Origin: an uncultured Thermomicrobiales bacterium
GTDB taxonomy: Bacteria; Chloroflexota; Chloroflexia; Thermomicrobiales; UBA6265
Reading direction: 5' to 3'
DNA length: 60,577 nucleotides
Assembly: GCA_902806345.1 (NCBI GenBank)
Contig: CADCWF010000296.1
Span: forward strand, 1-60,577
The position numbers were made by a program, and so were the translations under genes. This document shows, one piece after another, positions 52,188-60,577 of this stretch (within the stretch, counting starts at the first letter, position 1; every line of letters starts with the position of its first letter). A model generated the notes under the pieces. That model saw only the letters and a list, made by a program, of their open reading frames with translations, did no database searches and was not told the origin of the DNA.

Positions 52188-53179
52188 CGCTCGCGTCCCG
52201 TTCCCTCTCCCGCCGTTCGACCCTGCTCGCCGTCGCCGCCGCCCTGGCCGCGTCCGCGGCGCCCCCGCTTGCCCGCCCTAGCGGCGCCCAGGGGGGCGGC
52301 AAGCTGCGGGTCGGCTTCCAGAAGGGCTCGGCCAGCCTGCTGGTGCTGAAGTCGCAGTCGGCCCTCGAGGAGAAACTGGCCCCGCTCGGCTACTCCGTCT
52401 CCTGGGCCGAGTTCACCTCCGGGCCGCCGCTGCTGGAGGCGCTCAACGCCGGCAGCCTCGACTTCGGCAGCACCGGGGCCCCGCCCCCGATCTTCGCCCA
52501 GGCCGCCGGCGCCGACCTCGTCTACGCCCTGGCCGCCAAGCCCTCCCCCCGGACCCAGGCGATCGTCGTCCCCGAAGGCTCCGCGATCGCCACCCCGGCC
52601 GACCTCGCCGGCAAGCAGGTGGCGGTCGCCAAGGGGTCGAGCGCCCACGCCCTCCTGATCTGGGCGCTGCGCTCGGCCGGGCTCGACTGGGACGCCGTCG
52701 AGCCGGTCTACCTGCAGCCGGCCGACGCCAAGGCCGCCTTCGAGGGCGGCGACGTCGCCGCCTGGTCGATCTGGGATCCCTACTACGCCGCCGAGGAGGC
52801 GGCCACCGGCGCCCGCACCCTGATCACCGACGAGGTCGCCGGCGCCCCCAACCGCTCCTTCTACCTGGCCGCCCGCCCCTTCGCCGAGGGTCACGCCGAG
52901 GCGCTCGCGGTCGTCCGCGACGCCCTGGTCGAGACAGACGGCTGGGCGGCGGGGCACCCGGCCGAGGTGGCGGACATGCTCGCCGAGCAGACCGGCCTCG
53001 ACGCCGCCGTCCTCCGCACCGTCGAGGCCCGCCGTGCCTACGGCCTGGAACCGGTGACGGCGGCGATCATCGCCGACCAGCAGGCGTTGGCCGACGTCTT
53101 CTTCGAGCTGGAGCTGATCCCGGAGCGGATCGACGTGTCGTCCGCCTTCGTCGAGCTGCCGGAGCCGGCGCAGGTCTGA
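52184..53179 (+). CDS. ssuA: Aliphatic sulfonate ABC substrate-binding protein
   Basis: LRVGFQK, EFTSGPPLLEAL, PPIFAQAAG, KGSSAH, WSIWDPY; ATGA overlap with ssuE. Confidence 0.93.
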   Translation: MTLASRSLSRRSTLLAVAAALAASAAPPLARPSGAQGGGKLRVGFQKGSASLLVLKSQSALEEKLAPLGYSVSWAEFTSGPPLLEALNAGSLDFGSTGAPPPIFAQAAGADLVYALAAKPSPRTQAIVVPEGSAIATPADLAGKQVAVAKGSSAHALLIWALRSAGLDWDAVEPVYLQPADAKAAFEGGDVAAWSIWDPYYAAEEAATGARTLITDEVAGAPNRSFYLAARPFAEGHAEALAVVRDALVETDGWAAGHPAEVADMLAEQTGLDAAVLRTVEARRAYGLEPVTAAIIADQQALADVFFELELIPERIDVSSAFVELPEPAQV

Positions 53180-53188
53180 GCCAGGGTT

Positions 53189-53400
53189 CCCTCACCCCCC
53201 GCCCCCTCTTCCGCTGCGGCAGGAGAGGGGGAACCAGCCCCGTACGATCGCTCCCATTGCGAAACCTGCCCTTGTCGGGGTGTTGCGGGAGAGAGGGAAT
53301 CCCGGGTGATTGCCGCCAATCGCCAGTGGCCGGCGGACCTGAAGGCGGCGGACCGTGCTCCCCTCTCCAGCCGCGGCTGGAGAGGGGCTGGGGGTGAGGG
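53189..53400. repeat. Inverted pair of family A repeats between ssuA and ssuD
   Basis: CCCTCACCCCCC...GGAGAGGGGG and CCCCTCTCC...GGGGGTGAGGG. Confidence 0.75.
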
Positions 53401-53470
53401 AGTCTCGGCCGCAACCGCCCCCTGAACCCAACATCCACACAACACTTGAACGAAGGAGTACCTACCCACC

Positions 53471-54655
53471 ATGACCCCCACCGCCGAAACCACCGACGTC
53501 TTCTGGTTCATCCCGACCCACGGCGACGGCCGCTACCTCGGCGCGGCAGAGGCCGGCCGCAGCACGAGCCTGGCCTACATGCGGCAGATCGCCCAGGCCG
53601 CCGACGACCTCGGCTACGGCGGCGTCCTGCTGCCGACCGGCGCCTCCTGCGAGGACGCCTGGCTGGTCGCCTCCGCCCTGATCCCCGCCACCAGGCGGCT
53701 GAAGTTCCTGGTCGCGATCCGGCCGGGGTTGATGTCGCCGACGCTGGCCGCCCGAATGACCGCCACGTTCGACCGCCTCTCGGAGGGGCGGCTCCTGATC
53801 AACGTCGTCACCGGCGGCGACCCGGTCGAGCTGGCTGCCGACGGCCTCCACCTCGACCACGACACCCGCTACGACCTGACCGACGAGTTCCTCTCCGTAT
53901 GGCGGCAGGTGCTGGCCGGCGAGACGGTCACCCTCCACGGCGAGCACCTGACCATCGACGGCGCCCGGATGCTGATCCCCGGCGTCCAGAAGCCCCACCC
54001 GCCGCTCTACTTCGGCGGCTCCTCGCCGGCGGCCCAGGCCGTCGCCGCCCGCCACGTCGACCTCTACCTGACCTGGGGCGAGCCGCCGGCCCTCGTCGCC
54101 GAAAAGATCGCCAGCGTCCGCGCCCGCGCCGAGGAGGAGGGGCGGCAGATGCGCTTCGGCCTCCGCCTCCACGTGATCGTCCGCGAGACGGAGGGCGAGG
54201 CCTGGGAGGACGCCGAGCGGCTGATCTCCCGGCTCGACGAGGCGACCGTCGCCCGCGCCCAGGCCGTCTTCGCCCGGATGGACTCCCATGGCCAGGCGCG
54301 GATGCGGCGCCTTCACGGCGGCAGCCGCGAGCAACTGGAGATCAGCCCGAACCTGTGGGCCGGCGTCGGCCTGGTCCGCGGCGGCGCCGGCACCGCCCTC
54401 GTCGGCGACCCGGAGACGGTCGAGGCCCGGATGCGGGAGTACATGGACCTCGGGATCGACACGTTCATCCTCAGCGGCTACCCCCACCTGGAGGAGGCCT
54501 ACCGCTTCGCCGAGCTGATGTTCCCCCGCCTCGGCGTCGTCCCGGCCGGGGTCGGCGAGGCCACCGACGCCTTCTCGACCGTCTTCGGCACCGGCCGCGG
54601 CGAGTTCGTCGGGCACCTGGAGCGGCCGTTGGCGGGCGCCCGGGTGGCGGGCTGA
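53471..54655 (+). CDS. ssuD: FMNH2-dependent alkanesulfonate monooxygenase
   Basis: [53 protein letters not shown]. Confidence 0.96.
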   Translation: MTPTAETTDVFWFIPTHGDGRYLGAAEAGRSTSLAYMRQIAQAADDLGYGGVLLPTGASCEDAWLVASALIPATRRLKFLVAIRPGLMSPTLAARMTATFDRLSEGRLLINVVTGGDPVELAADGLHLDHDTRYDLTDEFLSVWRQVLAGETVTLHGEHLTIDGARMLIPGVQKPHPPLYFGGSSPAAQAVAARHVDLYLTWGEPPALVAEKIASVRARAEEEGRQMRFGLRLHVIVRETEGEAWEDAERLISRLDEATVARAQAVFARMDSHGQARMRRLHGGSREQLEISPNLWAGVGLVRGGAGTALVGDPETVEARMREYMDLGIDTFILSGYPHLEEAYRFAELMFPRLGVVPAGVGEATDAFSTVFGTGRGEFVGHLERPLAGARVAG

Positions 54656-54658
54656 TCG

Positions 54659-55465
54659 ATGGCGACCCTGCGCCTTTCCCCCTCCCCCGCTCGGCCGACC
54701 GACCCCGCCGCCACACTGGTGCCGTGGTTGGTGCCGGCGCTGGTCCTCCTGCTCTGGCAGGTGCTCGCGGCGAACGAGATCATCCCGCCCCGGATGCTGC
54801 CCGCCCCGCTCGCGGTCGGCCAGGCGGCGGCCGAGATGGCGGCCGAGGGCAAGCTGGTGCCGCACGTGCTGGCCAGCGCCCAGCGGGCCCTGCTGGGGTT
54901 CGCCATCGGCGGCGGTCTCGGCTTCCTGCTCGGTCTGGCCAACGGCTCCTTCGCCTGGAGCGGCCGCCTCCTCGACTCCAGCATGCAGATGCTGCGGACG
55001 ATCCCCCACCTGGCGCTGATCCCGCTGGTCATCCTCTGGTTCGGCATCGGCGAGACGGCGCGCGTCTTCCTGGTCGCCCTGGGGGTCCTCTTCCCGGTCT
55101 ACCTGAACACCTACCACGGGGTCCGCACCGTCGACGCCGGGCTGCTGGAGATGGCTCGCAACTACGGCCTCTCCCGCTGGCAGACCTTTCGCCAGGTGAT
55201 CCTGCCGGGGGCGCTGCCCTCGATCCTGGTCGGGGTCCGCTACGCGCTGGGGATCATGTGGCTGACGCTGATCGTGGCCGAGACGATCGCCGCCTCGTCC
55301 GGCATCGGCAAGGTGACGATGGACGCCCGCGAGTTCCTCCAGACCGACGTCCTGGTCTTCGGCATCCTCCTCTACGCCGGCCTCGGCAAGCTCGCCGATG
55401 TCGCCGCAAAGGGACTGGAGAAGCGGCTGCTGGCTTGGCACCCGAGCTACGTCCGGGCACGGTGA
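54659..55465 (+). CDS. ssuC: Sulfonate ABC permease
   Basis: [36 protein letters not shown]. Confidence 0.95.
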   Translation: MATLRLSPSPARPTDPAATLVPWLVPALVLLLWQVLAANEIIPPRMLPAPLAVGQAAAEMAAEGKLVPHVLASAQRALLGFAIGGGLGFLLGLANGSFAWSGRLLDSSMQMLRTIPHLALIPLVILWFGIGETARVFLVALGVLFPVYLNTYHGVRTVDAGLLEMARNYGLSRWQTFRQVILPGALPSILVGVRYALGIMWLTLIVAETIAASSGIGKVTMDAREFLQTDVLVFGILLYAGLGKLADVAAKGLEKRLLAWHPSYVRAR

Positions 55466-55536
55466 GAGTTTTCCGGTCTGTGTCGGCGAACCTGCATGCC
55501 GAAGATCAACCCATCCGACGAAAGGAGACGTCCCCC

Positions 55537-56382
55537 ATGGCCCCCATGGCCCTCGCCGCTCCCCCCCGCCCTGACGCCCCTACCCCCGCCTCCGCAACCC
55601 CGGCCGCCGCCCGCGGCGTCGCCGTGGCAGCCCGCGGCGTCGCCAAGGCGTTCGGTCAGCGCGGCGTCCTCCGGGCGCTCGACCTGGCCGCCGCCCCCGG
55701 GGAGTTCGTCGCCATCGTCGGCCGCTCCGGCTGCGGCAAGTCGACCGTGCTGCGGCTGCTCTCCGGGCTGGAGGGGGCCGACGCCGGGACGCTGACGATC
55801 GACGGCGCGGCCCCTTTCTCCGGCAACCCGCTGGCCCGGATGATGTTCCAGGACGCCCGCCTGCTGCCCTGGCGGTCGGCGGCAGAGAACGTCGCCCTGG
55901 CGGTCGGCGGCGACCGCGCGCGGGCCGCCGCGGCGCTGGCCGAGGTCGGCCTCGGCGACCGCGGTGGCGACTGGCCGGGCGTCCTCTCCGGCGGCCAGAA
56001 GCAGCGGGTGGCGCTGGCCCGCGCCCTCGTCGCCCAGCCCCGCCTGCTGCTCCTCGACGAGCCGCTGGGCGCCCTCGACGCGCTGACCCGGATCGAGATG
56101 CAGGGCCTGATCGAGCGGGTCTGGACGGAGCACGGCTTCACCGCCCTGCTGGTCACCCACGACGTGGCCGAGGCGGTCCGCCTGGCCGACCGCGTCGTCG
56201 TCCTCGACGGCGGCCGGGTCGCCCTCGACCTGGCGGTCGGCCTGCCACGGCCCCGCCACCGCGGCCACCACGTCTTCGGCGAGATCGAGGCGGCGGTGCT
56301 GGACCGGGTGCTCGGCGTCGCCGCCGATCCGGCCGCGCTCCACGAGATCCCCGCCCCCTGCGGACTGGCCCGGACGGCGTAG
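55537..56382 (+). CDS. ssuB: Sulfonate ABC ATP-binding protein
   Basis: [40 protein letters not shown]. Confidence 0.95.
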   Translation: MAPMALAAPPRPDAPTPASATPAAARGVAVAARGVAKAFGQRGVLRALDLAAAPGEFVAIVGRSGCGKSTVLRLLSGLEGADAGTLTIDGAAPFSGNPLARMMFQDARLLPWRSAAENVALAVGGDRARAAAALAEVGLGDRGGDWPGVLSGGQKQRVALARALVAQPRLLLLDEPLGALDALTRIEMQGLIERVWTEHGFTALLVTHDVAEAVRLADRVVVLDGGRVALDLAVGLPRPRHRGHHVFGEIEAAVLDRVLGVAADPAALHEIPAPCGLARTA

Positions 56383-56436
56383 GCAGCCGCTGATACGAAA
56401 ATCGCTTGAATACTTCTGCTTCCGGGTCGGCCAGAG

Positions 56437-56508
56437 CCCCCTCTCTGCTCGGGGACCCGCGCATCGGGCCGGGTACCCGCGGAGCGGGTGGCGGTTGGGG
56501 GTGAGGGC
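56437..56508 (-). repeat. REP-like repeat family A, long variant
   Basis: Near-identical inverted copy of 29220-29273. Confidence 0.75.
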
Positions 56509-56660
56509 GGGCCGTTCGGTACCGTAGTTGTTTACCCGTATTTCGTATGAGAGACCGCGAACGGCGGCTGTCCCTGCCTCCGGCGCGGCGCGGCGCTCCG
56601 TGCCGGAGGCCCCGTCTCGAGACACCCTCCCGATCGAGCCGTCCGCCGAGGAGCAACCCG

Positions 56661-57029
56661 ATGAACGACCGGCGCCAGAGCGACCGCCTGGTGAGTCCCG
56701 ATCGGCTCCATGCCAGACTGGGGTCCGAACCGCCACAGGTGGTCGATGTCCGGAGCGCGGCCGAGTTCGCCGCCGACCACCTGCCCGACGCCGTCCACAT
56801 CCCGCTGGACGAGCTGCCGGCCCGCCTGGGCGAGCTGTCAGCGGGGCAGTCCGTCGTCACCTACTGAGCGATGGGTCACCCCGGTGCATCCCGCAGCGAG
56901 CGGGCCGCCGCGCTGCTCCGTGCGAGCGGCTTCGACGCCAACGCCCTCGCGGGCGGCCTCCCGGCCTGGGAGGCCGCGGGATTGCCGATGGCTCGGGAGG
57001 AGGCCGAGGCCCGCACCGCCGATGGGTGA
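56661..57029 (+). CDS. Single-domain rhodanese with in-frame TGA at the catalytic Cys (candidate selenoprotein, 122 aa, Sec69)
   Basis: GAGGAG RBS; VVDVRSAAEFAADHLPDAVHIP...VVTY-TGA(56865-56867)-AMGHPGASRSERAAALLRASGF...LAGGLPAWEAAGLP, all in one frame. Confidence 0.75.
56883..56909 (+). promoter_or_regulatory. Candidate bacterial SECIS hairpin
   Basis: GGUG/CGCC lower stem, CCCGC/GCGGG upper stem, AGCGA loop 27 nt after the UGA; folded by hand. Confidence 0.45.
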
Positions 57030-57056
57030 CGAGGAGGGCGTGGTCGGCTGCCGACG

Positions 57057-58283
57057 CTACCGCGCTCCCTGCCAGAGCACCAGACCGACCGCGGCGGCGG
57101 CAAGCACAAGGAGGGGCTCCGGCACCTTGAACCGCCAGAGCACGGCCAGGCTGCCGAGGGCGATCGCGGCCGTCGGCAGGTCGTAGATCGCCCGGCCGGC
57201 GAGGACGACCACCGCCCCGGCGATCGCCCCGCTCGCCGCCGCCGTCGCCCCGTCCGAAAAGGCGCGGAGCTGGGCGTTGTGGCGGTGGCGGACGAACCAC
57301 GGCGCGGGGACCACCGTCAGCACCCAGACCGGCAGGAAGATGCCGATCGCGGCCAGGGTCGCGCCCGGCAACCCGGCGACGAGGAACCCGATGAAGGCGA
57401 CCGTGATGACGACCGGCCCCGGGGTGATCATCGCCACCGCGACCGCGTCGAGGAACTGCTGCTCGGTCAGCCAGCCGTACCCTTCGACGACGCCTTGCTG
57501 GAGGAAGGGGACGATCGCCAGGCCGCTGCCGAAGACGAAGGAGCCGGCCTTGGCGAAGAAGAGCAGGATCTCCCAGAGGACGTTCGTGCCGGCCTGGGCG
57601 GCGACGAGCAGCGGGAGGACGAGCACGGCGGGGCTCAGCCCGAGGAACGGCAGGCGGGTCTTGAGCCAGCGCGGCGGCGCCTTGACCACCAGCACGACGA
57701 GCCCGGCGAGGAGGAAGAACTCGGCCAGCTCGGCCTGGGCGAGCGCGGTGACGACGAACAGCAGCGCGAAGACCCCCCACAGCAGGGGGTCGCGCCCGTT
57801 GACCTTGCGGGCCAGTTTGTAGGCGGCGATCGCGATGATCCCGATGACGGCGGCCGAGACGCCGTAGAAGGCGGCCTGCATCCACCAGAGACCGTCGTAG
57901 GCGACGTAGACCGCCGAGACCGCGAGCACCATCAGGAACGAGGGGAGGACGAAGGCGATCCCGGCCAGGGTGGCGCCGAGGACGCCGTGGGCGAAGTAGC
58001 CGATCGCGATCGCGAGCTGGGCGGCGAGCGGCCCCGGCATGATCTGGGCGAGGGCGAGCCCGAGCTTGTACTCCTCGTCGTCGATCCAGCGGCGGCGCTC
58101 GACGAGGTCGCGCTGCATGTAGCCGACGAGGGCAACCGGGCCGCCGAAGCCGACCGTGCCGAGCCGGAGGAAGTAGGCGACGAAGGGCCAGAGGCCGACG
58201 GCGGCCACCGGGCGTGACGCCAGGTTCTCCGCTTCGACGGTCGCTCCCCCGTCGGCGGTTGCGCTCTGGGCGCGGGTAGTCAC
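57057..58283 (-). CDS. chrA: Chromate efflux (CHR family) oxyanion transporter
   Basis: FGGP, AQIMPGP, FGSG, AMITPGP; GTGA overlap with the upstream gene. Confidence 0.93.
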   Translation of the reverse strand: MTTRAQSATADGGATVEAENLASRPVAAVGLWPFVAYFLRLGTVGFGGPVALVGYMQRDLVERRRWIDDEEYKLGLALAQIMPGPLAAQLAIAIGYFAHGVLGATLAGIAFVLPSFLMVLAVSAVYVAYDGLWWMQAAFYGVSAAVIGIIAIAAYKLARKVNGRDPLLWGVFALLFVVTALAQAELAEFFLLAGLVVLVVKAPPRWLKTRLPFLGLSPAVLVLPLLVAAQAGTNVLWEILLFFAKAGSFVFGSGLAIVPFLQQGVVEGYGWLTEQQFLDAVAVAMITPGPVVITVAFIGFLVAGLPGATLAAIGIFLPVWVLTVVPAPWFVRHRHNAQLRAFSDGATAAASGAIAGAVVVLAGRAIYDLPTAAIALGSLAVLWRFKVPEPLLVLAAAAVGLVLWQGAR

Positions 58284-58693
58284 GCCCCCGCGTTCCGTCG
58301 GAGGTCGTCGACCAAGCCTTCGACGTGGCGGCGGATCGCGGCCCGCGCCGCGGCGAGGTCGGCGCTCGCCGGTGGCACGTCGTCCCACCGGTCGATCGCG
58401 CCCCCCGAAGGCAGGAGCGTTCCCGGATCGCAGCCGAGCGAGACAACGCGGGAAGCCGAGGCCAGATCGGCGGCGGTCACCCGCCGCGGGCGGTGCGCCG
58501 AGACATCCACGCCCTCCGCGGCCAGCACCGCGACGACGGCCGCCGAGGGCGCGGCGGCCGGGTCCGTGCCGGCGGTGGCGGCCCGGAGCGGCAGACCCCG
58601 CTCGCGGGCGAGGCGGTCGAACTCGGCGGCGGCGAGCAGGCTCTTGGCCGCGTTGTGCGGGCAGAGGAAGAGGACGGTCCCCGTCGTCGACAC
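58280..58693 (-). CDS. LMW-PTP/ArsC-fold protein with variant P-loop
   Basis: VLFLCPHNAAKS, AGTDP, VVSLGCD, WDDVP. Confidence 0.85.
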   Translation of the reverse strand: MSTTGTVLFLCPHNAAKSLLAAAEFDRLARERGLPLRAATAGTDPAAAPSAAVVAVLAAEGVDVSAHRPRRVTAADLASASRVVSLGCDPGTLLPSGGAIDRWDDVPPASADLAAARAAIRRHVEGLVDDLRRNAGA

Positions 58694-58753
58694 CGAGCCA
58701 CGCTCCCTTCACGGTTCGCCTCGCACCGGGTCCGCACACCGGCAGCACGATTC

Positions 58754-58775
58754 GGTCCAGTATGATAGTGGACAA
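58754..58775. promoter_or_regulatory. Copy of the sulfur-cluster operator in the divergent ArsC-like/yqeB-like spacer
   Basis: GGTCCAG-TATGATA-GTGGACAA. Confidence 0.55.
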
Positions 58776-58797
58776 AGAAGACATCGGGGAGGGCACC

Positions 58798-59600
58798 GTG
58801 CGCGTCGTGGCGCGGGGGCTGGGGGATGTCGGGTCGGCGATGGCCCACCGGCCGTTCGGCGCCGGCCACGCGGTCGTCCTGCACGACGGGCCGCGGCCTC
58901 GCGACAACCTGGCGGCGGACGGCATTCGTCGACGCGGTCGTCGACGGGCAGGCCGAGCTCGCGGGGGTGCGGACCGTCCGGGTCAACGACCCGGAGGCGG
59001 TGCGCTCGGTCATCGCGGCCGGTACCGCCGTGCCAGTGGCCCCTCACGGGTAGCGCGGCACTCCTGGCGTTGGTCCGGCCGGACGTGCTGGTCGACGCCC
59101 GGATGCCCAAGCGGGCGGAGCCGGAGGACGGGCGCGCTCTGGCCGCCAGTGATGGTCGGCCTCGGTCCGGGCTTCGTCGCGGACGGCAATGTCGACATCG
59201 CCGTCGAGACGGGATGGGACGCCTTGGGCGGGATCGTCCGCACCGGGCCGACGCGGCCGTTGGCCGGGGAGCTACGGCCGATCAGCGGCGTCGCCCACGA
59301 CCGCAACGTCCAGGCCCCGGTCGCCGGGATCGTTCGCACCCGGCGGGACGCGGGCGAGCCGGTGCGGGCCAGCGACGGGGTCGCCCGCACCGGCGAGACG
59401 CCCCTCTCGGCCCCGGTCGCCCGCATCCTGGGCGCGATCGTCCGCGACGGGGTGCTTGTGGAGGCGGGAGCCAAGGTGGTCGAGGTCGCCCCCCGCGGCG
59501 CGGCGGAGGTGGCGGGGATCGGCGAGCGGCCGGGCCGGATCGCCGCCGGCGTGCCGGCGGTCGCGCGCGCGTTTGGAGGCGACCGCGGCGGGGCACCGAC
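58798..59600 (+). pseudogene. Frameshifted YqeB-like (selenium-dependent molybdenum hydroxylase accessory) gene
   Basis: VVARGLGDVGSAMAHR; RRTAFVDAV; PDVLVDARMPKR; VGLGPGFVADGNVDIAVET; IGERPGRIAAGV. About three frameshifts (near 58900, 59045, 59145); the end is approximate. Confidence 0.72.
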
Positions 59601-59761
59601 GGTGAACGGTTCCCCGCTGGGAGCTTGCCCCCGGCCCACGGGTGGCTCGGCCCCGCAACGGGATACGCCAGGGATCGGCCAGGCACCCTGGCGAGGCACC
59701 GACCTTTGGGGGGGAGGTCGGGGCGATCGCTCGTGTCCGGACATGCGCCCGCCGCAAGGCC

Positions 59762-59842
59762 TTGCCAACCCGGCCGAGGGCTGGTAGAGTCCGGTTGTCC
59801 ACAAAAACAGTGGAATTAACGGACAAAGTCGGGTTAGTCGGG
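59762..59842 (+). promoter_or_regulatory. Promoter and operator upstream of the sulfate-binding protein
   Basis: TTGCCA-17 bp-TAGAGT; TTGTCCAC-AAAAACA-GTGGA at 59795-59814. Confidence 0.65.
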
Positions 59843-59853
59843 AAGGGGAACAG

Positions 59854-60577
59854 ATGCGCTCGCTCGCCACCACGCCCGCCGCGGCCACCGCCTCGCGGCG
59901 TTCGGTCCTCCGGTTCGCCGCCCTTGGCGCGGCGTCCGTCTCTGCCGCCGGCCTCGGCCTCGCCGCGCCCCGCCGCGCCGCGGCCCAAGACGTCACCCTC
60001 ACCCTCGTCGCCTACTCCACCCCGCGCGAGGCGTACGAGGCGATCATCCCCCTCTTCCAGGCCAGCGAGGGCGGGGCGGGGGTCACTTTCGACCAGTCCT
60101 ACGGCGCCTCCGGCGACCAGTCCCGCGCCGTCGAGGCGGGGCTGCCGGCCGACATCGTCGCCCTTTCGCTGGAGCCCGACGTCACCCGCCTGATCGAGCC
60201 CGGGCTGATCGCCGAGGACTGGAACGCCGGCGAGCACAAGGGGATGGTGACCGACTCCGTCGTCGCCCTCGCCGTCCGCCCCGGCAACCCAAAGGGGATC
60301 GCCGGCTGGGACGACCTCCAGCGCGATGACGTCCAGACGATCACCCCCAACCCGCTCACCTCCGGCGGCGCCCGCTGGAACGTGATGGCCGCCTGGGGCG
60401 CCCAGCTCGAGCAGGGCAAAACCGAGGACGATGCCAAGGCGTATCTGCGCGGTCTCTTCCAACGGGTGCCGGTCCAGGACAAGAGCGCCCGCGAGAGCTT
60501 GCAGACCTTCATCGGCGGTCTCGGCGACGTCCTTCTCGGCTACGAGAACGAGTTCCTCCTGGCGCAGGCCAACGGCG
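59854..60577 (+). CDS. sbp: Sulfate ABC substrate-binding protein, truncated by the window edge
   Basis: Manual translation: SRRSVLRF Tat motif, LVAYSTPREAY, SYGASGDQSRAV, GNPKGI, TPNPLTSGGARWN, YENE. Confidence 0.92.
   Translation, partial: MRSLATTPAAATASRRSVLRFAALGAASVSAAGLGLAAPRRAAAQDVTLTLVAYSTPREAYEAIIPLFQASEGGAGVTFDQSYGASGDQSRAVEAGLPADIVALSLEPDVTRLIEPGLIAEDWNAGEHKGMVTDSVVALAVRPGNPKGIAGWDDLQRDDVQTITPNPLTSGGARWNVMAAWGAQLEQGKTEDDAKAYLRGLFQRVPVQDKSARESLQTFIGGLGDVLLGYENEFLLAQANG

Noticed and set aside
16158-56508. Possible CRISPR array among the repeats
   Set aside because: The repeats are dispersed or short tandem units, with no regular repeat-spacer periodicity and no cas genes.
56393-56548. 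ATACGAAA / TTTCGTAT inverted repeat around the family A copy (MITE?)
   Set aside because: Only 8 bp, no target duplication and no second copy in the window.
1-60577. Many long Arg/Pro/Gly-rich ORFs in the track (e.g. 5636-7789, 10096-11814, 17304-19568, 36539-38443, 53462-55441)
   Set aside because: Shadow or antisense frames of well-supported genes in high-GC DNA, with no motifs. Long 5' extensions of real genes were trimmed to SD-supported starts.

Overview
High-GC bacterial chromosomal segment. The many Tat-signal solute-binding proteins, Excalibur-type proteins, LLM oxidoreductases and Uma2 nuclease suggest Chloroflexota (Thermomicrobiales-like), which is an inference only. Most of the window is metabolism and transport: glnA, a nucleoside/BMP ABC operon, a two-GH4 glycoside catabolic operon, a ribose-type ABC operon, ssuEADCB, chrA, and a sulfate-binding protein at the right edge. 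Five observations stand out. (1) An opine dehydrogenase gene is split by a 5474-bp insert with no recognisable integrase. The insert is bounded by att-like repeats (core CATCCGGCT), carries a PAS-GGDEF-EAL gene and a VOC gene, and its end supplies a Shine-Dalgarno sequence for the orphaned 3' half. (2) A rhodanese has an in-frame TGA exactly at the catalytic Cys, followed by a SECIS-like hairpin, so it is a candidate selenoprotein. It lies in a sulfur/oxyanion cluster with chrA, a CX5K ArsC-like gene and a decayed yqeB-like gene. (3) A palindrome TCCA(C/G)-N7-RTGGA occurs in front of three transcription units of that cluster. (4) An IS5-type MITE and a matching orphan end bracket the VOC gene. 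(5) Four intergenic repeat families and several pseudogenes are present. No rRNA, tRNA or CRISPR array was recognised. All product calls come from motif recognition by eye, without database searches.
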